Shown here: one piece after another, positions 1 through 6,301 of the stretch
Layout: each line of letters opens with the position of its first letter
Position numbering within the stretch: the first letter of the stretch is position 1
Virus record (IMG/VR): IMGVR_UViG_3300011888_000001
Location: 1-44,582 of that record
DNA length: 44,582 nucleotides
Direction: 5' to 3' (one strand)
From: a virus
The notes under the pieces: generated by a model
Told to the model about the DNA's origin: nothing
The model's database searches: none
What the model saw: the letters and a program-made list of their open reading frames with translations, nothing else
Translations under genes and position numbers: made by a program

Positions 1-87
1 TTGTCGACCACCAGAAGACCCTCCCAAGGACTTTGACGTCCTGGACAAACTGCTCATGGGTCAGCGTCTCGTCCGGGTATTCCTCGG
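1..87. repeat. Terminal overlap copy 1 (identical to 44496..44582)
   Basis: Direct letter-by-letter comparison of the two window ends. Confidence 0.95.
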
Positions 88-703
88 AGTTCTCGCTGCG
101 TACTCGCACTGCTCCGCCTGGGAGCTTGTAGAGGAACTTCACTCTCAGCATGCCGGCATGGTTGAACGCGTAGACCTCGCCATCAATGATGGATGTGTCG
201 AAGCGGTCGAAACCAATCACAGCGCCGTCCGAGATCAGGCGCTCCATGCTCCTGCCTTTAATGCGCGCGCACGCTGCAGCTGACGGATCTACACCTGCAC
301 TGCGCAGTACGTCACGACCAAACCTAAGCTGACTTCCCGCAATCTCCGTGACCTCGGTCATACCGCCCCCGCCGGCAAATTCCACCTCAGCGTAAAACGG
401 AACCTCGACGTCGTCACTGTTAGCCGGCTCGCTTTCTTCCCAAAGGCCAGCATCGCCGAGCAGTACGGCGTTCGACTCTGCTTTACCAGGGTCTCTAGAT
501 CGCGGCACTTTGCCACTCGTCAGCCATTCGGGATCGCAGTCCAGAACACGCGCGAGTTGCAACAAATTTTTGCCTTTGGCGCCATTCGTCCCCGCCATCC
601 AGAACGTGATGGTGCCGCGGGACACACCGACCCGCTCCGCCACGTCAGTTGGGCGAAGGCCTAGGGCCTGCATTCGAGAGCGCATTCGGTCTTTGAATTC
701 CAT
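1..703 (-). CDS. CI-like prophage repressor, HTH + S24 (LexA-type) autopeptidase; 5' 234 codons, continues across the window junction
   Basis: Missing from the ORF track because it runs off the window start. Minus-strand ATG at 703-701. My translation gives MEFKDRMRSRMQALGLRPTDVAERVGVSRGTITFWMAG (HTH), EVEFAGGGGM (Ala-Gly cleavage-type site), and IKGRSMERLISDG plus VKFLYK (Ser/Lys dyad context of S24 peptidases). Confidence 0.88.
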   Translation of the reverse strand, partial: MEFKDRMRSRMQALGLRPTDVAERVGVSRGTITFWMAGTNGAKGKNLLQLARVLDCDPEWLTSGKVPRSRDPGKAESNAVLLGDAGLWEESEPANSDDVEVPFYAEVEFAGGGGMTEVTEIAGSQLRFGRDVLRSAGVDPSAAACARIKGRSMERLISDGAVIGFDRFDTSIIDGEVYAFNHAGMLRVKFLYKLPGGAVRVRSENSEEYPDETLTHEQFVQDVKVLGRVFWWST

Positions 704-791
704 GGCAGAAGTCTAAGCAAACATTCGTTTAGATACTTGTCTTCCTTCCTTTAGATCTCTAAAATGCAGAGACCAAAGCTGGAGAAAGACC
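704..791. promoter_or_regulatory. Divergent immunity control region (OR-like) with candidate rightward promoter and operators
   Basis: Candidate PR: TTGTCT (737-742), 17 nt, TAAAAT (760-765). The palindrome TTTAGA-tc-TCTAAA (750-763) overlaps the spacer and -10. A second inverted repeat, TCTAAgC-N8-GtTTAGA, lies at 712-733. The region sits between the divergent repressor (ATG 703, minus) and cro-like gene (GTG 792, plus). Confidence 0.6.
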
Positions 792-995
792 GTGACCTAC
801 GATCAAGCACTCGCCTTTTACAAGACCCAATCAGAGCTGGCCAAGGCGCTGCGGCTGAGCCGTGGGCGCGTGACTCAGCTCAAGGACCAGGGTGGCTTCA
901 GCTACCCGACTCAGTGCGTCCTCGAAAAGCACTCGAAGCGCAAGCTCATCGCCCGCTACGAAGACGTCCCCCAGACCAAAATCCAAGCCGCTTAA
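792..995 (+). CDS. Cro-like HTH regulator (67 aa)
   Basis: GTG start with GGAG at 781-784. HTH-like SELAKALRLSRGRVTQL. Divergent from the repressor, which is the classic cI/cro layout. Confidence 0.75.
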   Translation: MTYDQALAFYKTQSELAKALRLSRGRVTQLKDQGGFSYPTQCVLEKHSKRKLIARYEDVPQTKIQAA

Positions 996-1012
996 CCAGG
1001 AGCAGTACCAGC

Positions 1013-1198
1013 ATGTACGCCGACCCCAAGCACATCAGGGATCACATCACCAAGGTTCGCCTGGACGAAGACACCGACGATCTTCTGTCCTCGCTGGCCA
1101 AGTTTCATCGCACACAGAAAGCCGTTCTGGCTCGTGAGCTTCTGGAGGAAGGCTTGAAAAGCCTGCTGAAGGGTAACGAAGAAACCCACGTGGCCTGA
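1013..1198 (+). CDS. Ribbon-helix-helix DNA-binding protein (61 aa), cII-position
   Basis: ATG 1013 with AGGAG at 998-1002. ITKVRLDEDTDDLLSSLAKFHRTQKAVLARELLEEGL fits a strand-helix-helix (Arc/CopG-type) pattern. The 144-aa track ORF 764..1198 extends this frame upstream over cro and is not credible there. Confidence 0.6.
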   Translation: MYADPKHIRDHITKVRLDEDTDDLLSSLAKFHRTQKAVLARELLEEGLKSLLKGNEETHVA

Positions 1199-1216
1199 AG
1201 GGCCTGGGGAGGCCCT

Positions 1217-1399
1217 GTGCCAATAAGAGAAGAGATCCACCTTGATGGTGAGCTCGCCGAACTACTCAAGGAAGAGGCGGCGAGACAAGGAATAGATCCG
1301 GGAATGCTGGCGGGAATGCTGATCAGGAATCAGCTGGAGCAGCGGACTAGGCCAAGAAAGACCAGAGGGACGGTTACCCCGTTCCGACTAAAGACCTGA
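1217..1399 (+). CDS. Second ribbon-helix-helix-like protein (60 aa)
   Basis: GTG start preceded by GGGGAGG (1206-1212). EEIHLDGELAELLKEEAARQGIDPGMLAGMLIRNQL has a strand-helix-helix pattern. Confidence 0.5.
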   Translation: MPIREEIHLDGELAELLKEEAARQGIDPGMLAGMLIRNQLEQRTRPRKTRGTVTPFRLKT

Positions 1400-1440
1400 C
1401 GAGGGCCTCATTCGTAACTGGTTAGGCAAATGACAGGCAA

Positions 1441-1468
1441 GAAAAAGCCCGGGTGTGGCGCCCGGGCT
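1441..1468 (-). terminator. Minus-strand-oriented intrinsic terminator inside the rightward operon (oop-like?)
   Basis: Perfect 8-bp GC stem AGCCCGGG (1446-1453) / CCCGGGCT (1461-1468) with a 7-nt loop. The T-run (TTTTT) follows only on the minus strand (plus-strand AAAAA at 1442-1446, the last A also closing the stem). Confidence 0.5.
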
Positions 1469-1492
1469 CAGACAAATCAGACAGGACGAATC

Positions 1493-2323
1493 ATGACAAA
1501 CGTCATCCAGCTTAGCAAGTCCCAGGGGTTCACCCGCATGGACAATGAGATTTATGAGGCCCTGATCGGGGCAGACCTGTCAGGTCGTGAGCTTCGGGTT
1601 GCCCTGGCCATCCACCGTCTCACTGCCGGTTACAACGTGGCCACCTCGCGTATCGCTGCAGCTACCATCGCACAGCTGGCTAATCTGCGCCGGGAGAACG
1701 TGTCCCGCATGGTCAGCGAGCTGATCCGTCAGCGGGTCATTTATCGCGCTGGTGGCAGCAAAGGACCCTTGGGTTTGAGCCCTGTTTCCGAGTGGCGAAT
1801 CGACCCCAAGAATGACGACAAGAAGACTGAATCGAATTCGACACAGTGTGTCATTTCCGACACGTCCTTAGTGTCATTTCCGACACACATTAAAGACAGG
1901 AAAGACATAAACACTACTGACGTAGTGTTACGCACCGCTCGCGAAATCGAACAGGTCAAGCCGGCCAAAGCACCCAGGGTCAAGGCTGAAACCTTCACCC
2001 TGTCCAACCTGCTTTCGGACAACCCGCACGGCGCATCCGAGCAGGTCCTGTCCGACTGGATGACCTGCCGCCGTAAGCTGCGCGCTCCCGTAACCGTGAC
2101 CGTGTGGAAGCGCGTGAACGACGAGCTGGCCAAATGCCTGGCCGCCGGCATCAGTGCTGACGATGCCTTGGCCGAAGCCCAGGAGGCGGGATGGCGCGGG
2201 TTCAAGTTCGAATGGATCGTCAATCGCCGCTCCGGCGACGTCCGCAAGCCTGTTCGCCAATCCAGCGGTCCTGACTTCCACTCGAACGACACCAGCTGGG
2301 CTGACGACCTGGGGTACCTGTGA
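1493..2323 (+). CDS. Lambda O-like replication initiator (276 aa)
   Basis: ATG 1493 with AGGA just upstream. MTNVIQLSKSQGFTRMDNEIYEALIGADLSGRELRVALAIHRLTAGYN parallels the recalled lambda O N-terminus (…YSGADLTKRQFKVLLAILRKTYGWN…). Iterons lie in the inter-domain linker. The track start at 1430 would place the strong hairpin in coding sequence. Confidence 0.85.
   Translation: MTNVIQLSKSQGFTRMDNEIYEALIGADLSGRELRVALAIHRLTAGYNVATSRIAAATIAQLANLRRENVSRMVSELIRQRVIYRAGGSKGPLGLSPVSEWRIDPKNDDKKTESNSTQCVISDTSLVSFPTHIKDRKDINTTDVVLRTAREIEQVKPAKAPRVKAETFTLSNLLSDNPHGASEQVLSDWMTCRRKLRAPVTVTVWKRVNDELAKCLAAGISADDALAEAQEAGWRGFKFEWIVNRRSGDVRKPVRQSSGPDFHSNDTSWADDLGYL
1837..1886. repeat. Candidate replication origin iterons inside the O-like gene
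   Basis: The 16-bp repeat GTGTCATTTCCGACAC occurs at 1848-1863 and 1871-1886 (23-bp period). Each copy is internally palindromic (GTGTC...GACAC). A partial TTCGACAC lies at 1837-1844. A relatively A/T-rich stretch follows at 1887-1920. Confidence 0.65.
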
Positions 2324-2979
2324 TGCGCCAGGTCAACCAGATCGCCGCCAACATACGCCCCGGGTCAGTGCCGATGAGCGACAGCACTCCGCCGGTTGCC
2401 AAGATCGACCAGGCGACTGCCCGGGTTGTGAACGCCCTGTTCCGCGAACTGCAGGCCATCTTCCCGGCCTGGAAGCAGGCTTGGCCCGACGACGCTGCCC
2501 TGGACGCAGCCAAGAAGTCCTGGATCAAGGGTTTCATGCAGGCGGACATCCGCAGCTTTGACCAGATCCGCTACGGCCTGCAGCGCTGCCGCGCGGAAGG
2601 TTCGGACTTCGCTCCCAGCGTCGGTAAGTTCATCGAGTGGTGCCAGCCGACCCCGCAGATGCTCGGCCTGCCTGGCCTGCAGACCGCCTACCTGGAAGCC
2701 TGCCGCAACGCGCACCCGACGGCAGAGCGTGAGTGGTCCCACGCCGCGGTGATGCATGCCGCCAAGCAGACCGGTTTCTACGCCCTGAGCACGCTCAAGG
2801 AAGACGAGAGCCGGAAGCTGTTCACCCGCAACTATGAGATCGCGTGCCGCATGGTCGCCAAGGGTGAGCCGCTGCAAGAGATCCCGAAGGCCCTGCCCGA
2901 AAAGGTGGTCGTGCCTGCCAAGCCTGAAACCGTCAAATCCGAGCTGGCCAAGATGCGCGCCATGCTGAGGGGGGAGTAA
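2323..2979 (+). CDS. Lambda P-like replication protein (helicase loader)
   Basis: TGATG overlap with the O stop. The motifs ELQAIFPAW, WIKGF and FAPSVGKFIEWC...GLPG parallel recalled lambda P (ATFPASL, WVLAF, FLPSPGQFVAWC...GLP). Confidence 0.85.
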   Translation: MRQVNQIAANIRPGSVPMSDSTPPVAKIDQATARVVNALFRELQAIFPAWKQAWPDDAALDAAKKSWIKGFMQADIRSFDQIRYGLQRCRAEGSDFAPSVGKFIEWCQPTPQMLGLPGLQTAYLEACRNAHPTAEREWSHAAVMHAAKQTGFYALSTLKEDESRKLFTRNYEIACRMVAKGEPLQEIPKALPEKVVVPAKPETVKSELAKMRAMLRGE

Positions 2980-3164
2980 TGACCATCGACACCGCAACCG
3001 CCAAAGCATCCGCCTGGCAGCAGGGCTGGGAAGACTATCTGGCCGACCTGCACACCAACCCCTACGACATCAACACCCAACACCACGTCGACTGGTTGTG
3101 TGGCTACAGCCATGCCGAGCAGACCTTCGCCGAGACCCAGCACCTGGAGCCGAGCCATGCATGA
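2979..3164 (+). CDS. Hypothetical protein (61 aa)
   Basis: TAATG coupling to the P-like gene. ORF from the track. No recognisable motif. Confidence 0.5.
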   Translation: MTIDTATAKASAWQQGWEDYLADLHTNPYDINTQHHVDWLCGYSHAEQTFAETQHLEPSHA

Positions 3165-3474
3165 ATTCAAACCTGGTGATCTGGCGCTGATCGTGGCGGA
3201 TGTCCTCCCGCAGCAGATCGGCAAGTGCGTGGAGCTGGTGAAGATGGTCAAGCCTGGCCATTGGTACAAGCCTCCGGTGGACTGCATCGTCCCGATGGGC
3301 ATGATCCACAACGCTACCGACTCGGACGTATGGGTGGTGATCGGCGACGTCTCCTGCACCACCTACGGCGGCCAGCTGATCCATGGCTTCACGCAGAAGT
3401 GCCCGACCCGCCTCATGCCCCTGCGCGGCGACTTCGTCCCTGAGCGCCAGAAGGCCCAGGAGGTGCCGGCATGA
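3157..3474 (+). CDS. Hypothetical protein (105 aa)
   Basis: In-frame ATG 3157 (MHEFKPGDLALIV...) overlapping the previous stop. The upstream part of track ORF 3100..3474 overlaps the preceding gene. Confidence 0.55.
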   Translation: MHEFKPGDLALIVADVLPQQIGKCVELVKMVKPGHWYKPPVDCIVPMGMIHNATDSDVWVVIGDVSCTTYGGQLIHGFTQKCPTRLMPLRGDFVPERQKAQEVPA

Positions 3475-3827
3475 TCATGCTCACCAAGGAACAGGTGGCT
3501 GAACTGCTGCGCGAGGCTTTTGATGCTGGCGCACTCGGCCCCAACAGCCCGGAAAGCCTGTCATGGTTCAACTCTGAGCCATACATAGACGAGCGCGAGC
3601 GCGCCATCCAGCCCCTCGTCCACCGCTCCTCCGGTGGCCACGACGACCATGGGCGGGAGGTGAATCTGGCTGTCGGTGTTCAGGCCGCGGAGACATACCG
3701 CGACCGGCCAAGCCACCACGTTCTCCGCGGTCATGAATCGCAGCCGTGCTGGTGCTGGGCTGATTCTGATCACCGGATTGGTGAAGAGGTTCGCCGGAAG
3801 GGCGACCAGTCCGAGGACAAGTCATGA
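3471..3827 (+). CDS. Hypothetical protein with QPCxCWA..DHRIG.EV module (118 aa)
   Basis: ATGA coupling. Shares a 32-residue ungapped block (20/32 identical by hand) with the minus-strand gene 37585..38067. Confidence 0.6.
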   Translation: MIMLTKEQVAELLREAFDAGALGPNSPESLSWFNSEPYIDERERAIQPLVHRSSGGHDDHGREVNLAVGVQAAETYRDRPSHHVLRGHESQPCWCWADSDHRIGEEVRRKGDQSEDKS

Positions 3828-4294
3828 GTGAGCGTATCAGCGTCAACAGCGCCACCAAGCTCTCCGAGGCCATCCGCCAGCTGACCGCCATGTACCGCGA
3901 GAAGAAGTTCGTGGTGGTATCCATGCGCCCGGGTAAAGACCGCACCTTGGATCAGAACGCCCTATGGTTCAGCCTTTACCAGCGCATAGCCGAGATGACC
4001 CAGATCGGCCAGGTCGAGGACGCTCGGAGCTACTGCAAATTGCATCATGGTGTCGTGATCATGCGCCGGGACAGCGCCGACTTCCGCGACGGCTGGAACC
4101 GCCTGTTCTTGCACCTGAGCTACGAAGAGAAGCTGGGAATGATGGGAGAGGGGCCCTTGTTCGGGCCTGACGGGTTCCCTGTCACCCGCCTGTTCAACCG
4201 GGCCCAAGGCGTCGAGTACACCGATCGCGTGATCGACGACTTCCGTGCGAAGGGCGTGTTCTTCGATGACCTGCTGAGCCAGGAGGCCGCATGA
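3824..4294 (+). CDS. ninB: NinB/Orf-family recombination mediator
   Basis: RTLDQNALWFSLYQRI matches the recalled lambda NinB motif RSLDQNRKLWACLGDV. Size (156 aa) and position upstream of ninG both fit. Confidence 0.75.
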   Translation: MSERISVNSATKLSEAIRQLTAMYREKKFVVVSMRPGKDRTLDQNALWFSLYQRIAEMTQIGQVEDARSYCKLHHGVVIMRRDSADFRDGWNRLFLHLSYEEKLGMMGEGPLFGPDGFPVTRLFNRAQGVEYTDRVIDDFRAKGVFFDDLLSQEAA

Positions 4295-4869
4295 CCCTCC
4301 CAGCAGCCAAGACCCCACGCCCCAAGACCTGCTCAGTCTGCAAGGCCGTGTTCACCCCAGTCCGCAGCCTGCAGAAGGTCTGCGGGCCGAAGTGCGCATC
4401 GATCCACGTCGAGAACCAGAAGCGAAAGCAGCGCAAAGCCATCGAGAAGGTGGAGCGCCGGGAGATCCGTGTGCAGAAGCAGCGCCTGAAGACCCGCGCC
4501 GACCATCTGCGCGAGACCCAGGCCATCTTCAACCAGTGGATTCGCCTCCGCGATGCTGCCGAGCCCTGCATCAGCTGCGGCCGGTACCACGACGGCCAGT
4601 ACCACGCCGGGCACTACCGCACCGTCGCCAGCGCGCCTGAGTTGCGCTTCGAGCCGCTCAACGTGTGGAAGCAGTGCCAGCCCTGCAATAACCACAAGTC
4701 CGGCGACATCGTGAACTACCGGGCCAACCTGGTGAACAAGCTCGGCGCCGCCCAAGTGGATTGGCTGGAAGGTCCCCACGAGCCGAAGAAGTACACCATC
4801 GAAGACCTGCAGGCCATGAAGGCGCACTACCGCGCATTGATCCGGGAAATGAAGCGAGAAGTAGCATGA
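4291..4869 (+). CDS. ninG: NinG/Rap-family recombination endonuclease
   Basis: N-terminal CSVC...CGPKC, a basic coiled segment, and C-terminal CISCG...HAGHY...CQPCNNHKSG are typical of NinG. ATGA coupling to ninB. Confidence 0.8.
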   Translation: MTLPAAKTPRPKTCSVCKAVFTPVRSLQKVCGPKCASIHVENQKRKQRKAIEKVERREIRVQKQRLKTRADHLRETQAIFNQWIRLRDAAEPCISCGRYHDGQYHAGHYRTVASAPELRFEPLNVWKQCQPCNNHKSGDIVNYRANLVNKLGAAQVDWLEGPHEPKKYTIEDLQAMKAHYRALIREMKREVA

Positions 4870-5087
4870 CCCACGACGAGATCCATAACCCCGCGCACTA
4901 CGACCTGTTTCCTGGACAGCAGGCCATCGACGTGATCAAGGCCGCGCTGACGCCTGAAGAGTTCCGCGGCTACTGCAAGGGCAACGCTCTGAAGTATCGC
5001 CTGCGCGCTGGTGAAAAGGGGCCGGCAGAGAAGTGTCTGGCAAAGGCCAACTGGTACCGCGACCGCCTGGTGGAGGATCAAGCATGA
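4866..5087 (+). CDS. DUF3310-family protein (73 aa)
   Basis: In-frame ATG 4866. NPAHYDL...QAIDVIKA...FRGYCKGNALKYRLRAGEKG...KANWY matches the DUF3310 pattern as I recall it. Confidence 0.75.
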   Translation: MTHDEIHNPAHYDLFPGQQAIDVIKAALTPEEFRGYCKGNALKYRLRAGEKGPAEKCLAKANWYRDRLVEDQA

Positions 5088-5683
5088 AGATCAACAGCGC
5101 CCGTCAGGCATGGCACGACGCCTTCTACCAGCCCTGGGACAGCGTCATGAGCTATGCCATCGAGCTGGCAAAGCTCGGCGCCTCAGTGCAGACCACCGAG
5201 AAGCAGCGTCACGCCGGCCAGTGCGTCCACCAGACCCTGTCCGGCCACGTTCAGCGAGCCATCGGCACCTTGCCCGGTTACGCGCAGGCATTCGGCCACC
5301 ACTTGTACAACCCCCTGAGCGACGACGACCACCGTGAATGTGCCGAGGCTGCCGTCTACCTCATGGCCTACAAGGCAGTGACCAAGGAAGCCCGCATGAG
5401 CGCCAAGAAGCAGGAGAAGGCGCTGCATGTGGCTGCCGGGGTTCTCTACCGGTACCGCCGGATGCACCAGGGCGGCGCCAGTGCTTGCGCGGACCCGATG
5501 GCCAAGCCCGAACACTTCCGCGACTGGCTCGTGCTGGAGAAGGGGTGCATGATCTCCAAGGACAACTACGCACGTGAGTGGGAGCCCTTCATCGAGGCCT
5601 GCTTCGCGGCGTGCAACGACATTGATCGGCAGGCGCTGGCACCGGTGGCGCTGTGCATTGGTGAGATGAAGGAGGCGGCTTGA
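5084..5683 (+). CDS. Possible late-gene regulator (Q-like antiterminator), assigned by position only
   Basis: In-frame ATG 5084 (ATGA coupling), 199 aa. It is the last sizeable gene of the nin region, immediately upstream of the candidate late promoter, terminator and lysis genes. No motif securely recognised. Confidence 0.3.
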   Translation: MKINSARQAWHDAFYQPWDSVMSYAIELAKLGASVQTTEKQRHAGQCVHQTLSGHVQRAIGTLPGYAQAFGHHLYNPLSDDDHRECAEAAVYLMAYKAVTKEARMSAKKQEKALHVAAGVLYRYRRMHQGGASACADPMAKPEHFRDWLVLEKGCMISKDNYAREWEPFIEACFAACNDIDRQALAPVALCIGEMKEAA

Positions 5684-5985
5684 TGAAAGATTATGAGCTA
5701 CTAGAGATGGCAGCTAAAGCGGCTGGGCTGCGAATCAGGTGGTTCTATCGGGATGAATACGCAGTCCTTTCTGATGATGTGAGATGGAATCCCCTTACCG
5801 ATGACGGCGACGCGTTCAGGTTGGCCGTTAAGCTCCATATGTCCACAGAGCGCATAGTTGGAAGTAGAGCTGCAGGATGGCTGGCTGATCATAGGATCGA
5901 GCAGTTAGACACAGGTGACCAATGTGAAACACTTCGCCGTGCGATAGTCAGGGCTGCTGCGAAAATCGGTAAATCTATGGAATAG
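5683..5985 (+). CDS. Hypothetical protein, paralogue of 35476..35841 (100 aa)
   Basis: ATG 5683 with GGAGG at 5671-5675. 56/62 C-terminal residues are identical to the minus-strand copy (WNPLTDDGDAFRLAVKLHM...CETLRRAIVRAAAKIG). Its A/T-rich codon choice is unlike its neighbours. Confidence 0.8.
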   Translation: MKDYELLEMAAKAAGLRIRWFYRDEYAVLSDDVRWNPLTDDGDAFRLAVKLHMSTERIVGSRAAGWLADHRIEQLDTGDQCETLRRAIVRAAAKIGKSME

Positions 5986-5992
5986 ATAAGAC

Positions 5993-6021
5993 TTGACGAA
6001 ATGATCGTTTCTGGCGATGAT
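5993..6021 (+). promoter_or_regulatory. Candidate late promoter (PR-prime-like)
   Basis: TTGACG (5993-5998), 17 nt, GATGAT (6016-6021). An intrinsic terminator follows about 35-60 nt downstream, then the tRNA and lysis genes. Confidence 0.35.
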
Positions 6022-6054
6022 TTTCACATGCTGTAAATCAGCACCCAAAAAAGA

Positions 6055-6084
6055 AGCCCTGTCCCCGTGCCGGGGCTTTTCGTT
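6055..6084 (+). terminator. Intrinsic terminator (tR-prime-like)
   Basis: Stem CCCCG (6063-6067) / CGGGG (6071-6075), which can be extended by GCCC/GGGC, followed by CTTTTCGTT. An A-run lies upstream. Confidence 0.6.
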
Positions 6085-6086
6085 AT

Positions 6087-6162
6087 TGGCATGTAGCTCA
6101 GCAGGTAGAGCAGGCGGCTGTTAACCGCCCGGTCGGAGGTTCGAACCCTCCCGTGCCAGCCA
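6087..6162 (+). tRNA. tRNA-Asn (anticodon GTT), 76 nt with encoded CCA
   Basis: Hand-folded cloverleaf: acceptor TGGCATG/CGTGCCA, D arm GCTC-AGCAGGTA-GAGC, anticodon arm GGCGG-CTGTTAA-CCGCC, T arm GGAGG-TTCGAAC-CCTCC, discriminator G, CCA. Confidence 0.9.
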
Positions 6163-6301
6163 AATCATGGGAGTGCGGAGGTAGCTGATCCGCGAGGGCA
6201 AGGCAGCTTCGCTACTGCCGGTGTGGCCACATCGCCCGACCGAGGCAGCACGGTAAAGCCGGAGATCAGCGCCGGCCCCATGATCCATCCAGGAGTAACG
6301 C

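Noticed and set aside
1-87. The 87-nt terminal repeat as a physical direct terminal repeat of the virion DNA (T7-like phages have DTRs).
   Set aside because: The repeat lies inside the repressor coding sequence and simply restores that ORF when the circle is closed. It is more parsimoniously an assembly overlap. True termini cannot be inferred from this window.
764-1198. 144-aa ORF spanning cro and the first RHH gene.
   Set aside because: Its first 80 codons overlap the cro-like gene out of frame and translate to Pro/Arg-rich low complexity. An internal ATG at 1013 with a good AGGAG gives a compact RHH protein.
1430-1492. Upstream start (ATG 1430) for the O-like gene.
   Set aside because: It would place the perfect 8-bp GC hairpin and its T-run in coding sequence and add a basic, non-homologous leader. 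ATG 1493 has an AGGA RBS and aligns with the lambda O N-terminus.
5683-5985. Paralogue pair A (5683..5985 and 35476..35841) as inverted repeats driving a programmed DNA inversion.
   Set aside because: The nucleotide sequences are diverged at many third-codon positions, leaving only short identical runs. No invertase gene is present.
6163-6301. Possible second tRNA or tRNA-like element after tRNA-Asn (hairpins GCGGA-9-TCCGC at 6175-6193 and GGCAG-8-CTGCC at 6202-6219; GGTAGCTGA resembles a D loop).
   Set aside because: No T arm (GTTCGAAT-type), no acceptor pairing, and an 8-nt anticodon loop. It cannot be folded into a cloverleaf. It may simply be structured leader RNA for the lysis genes.
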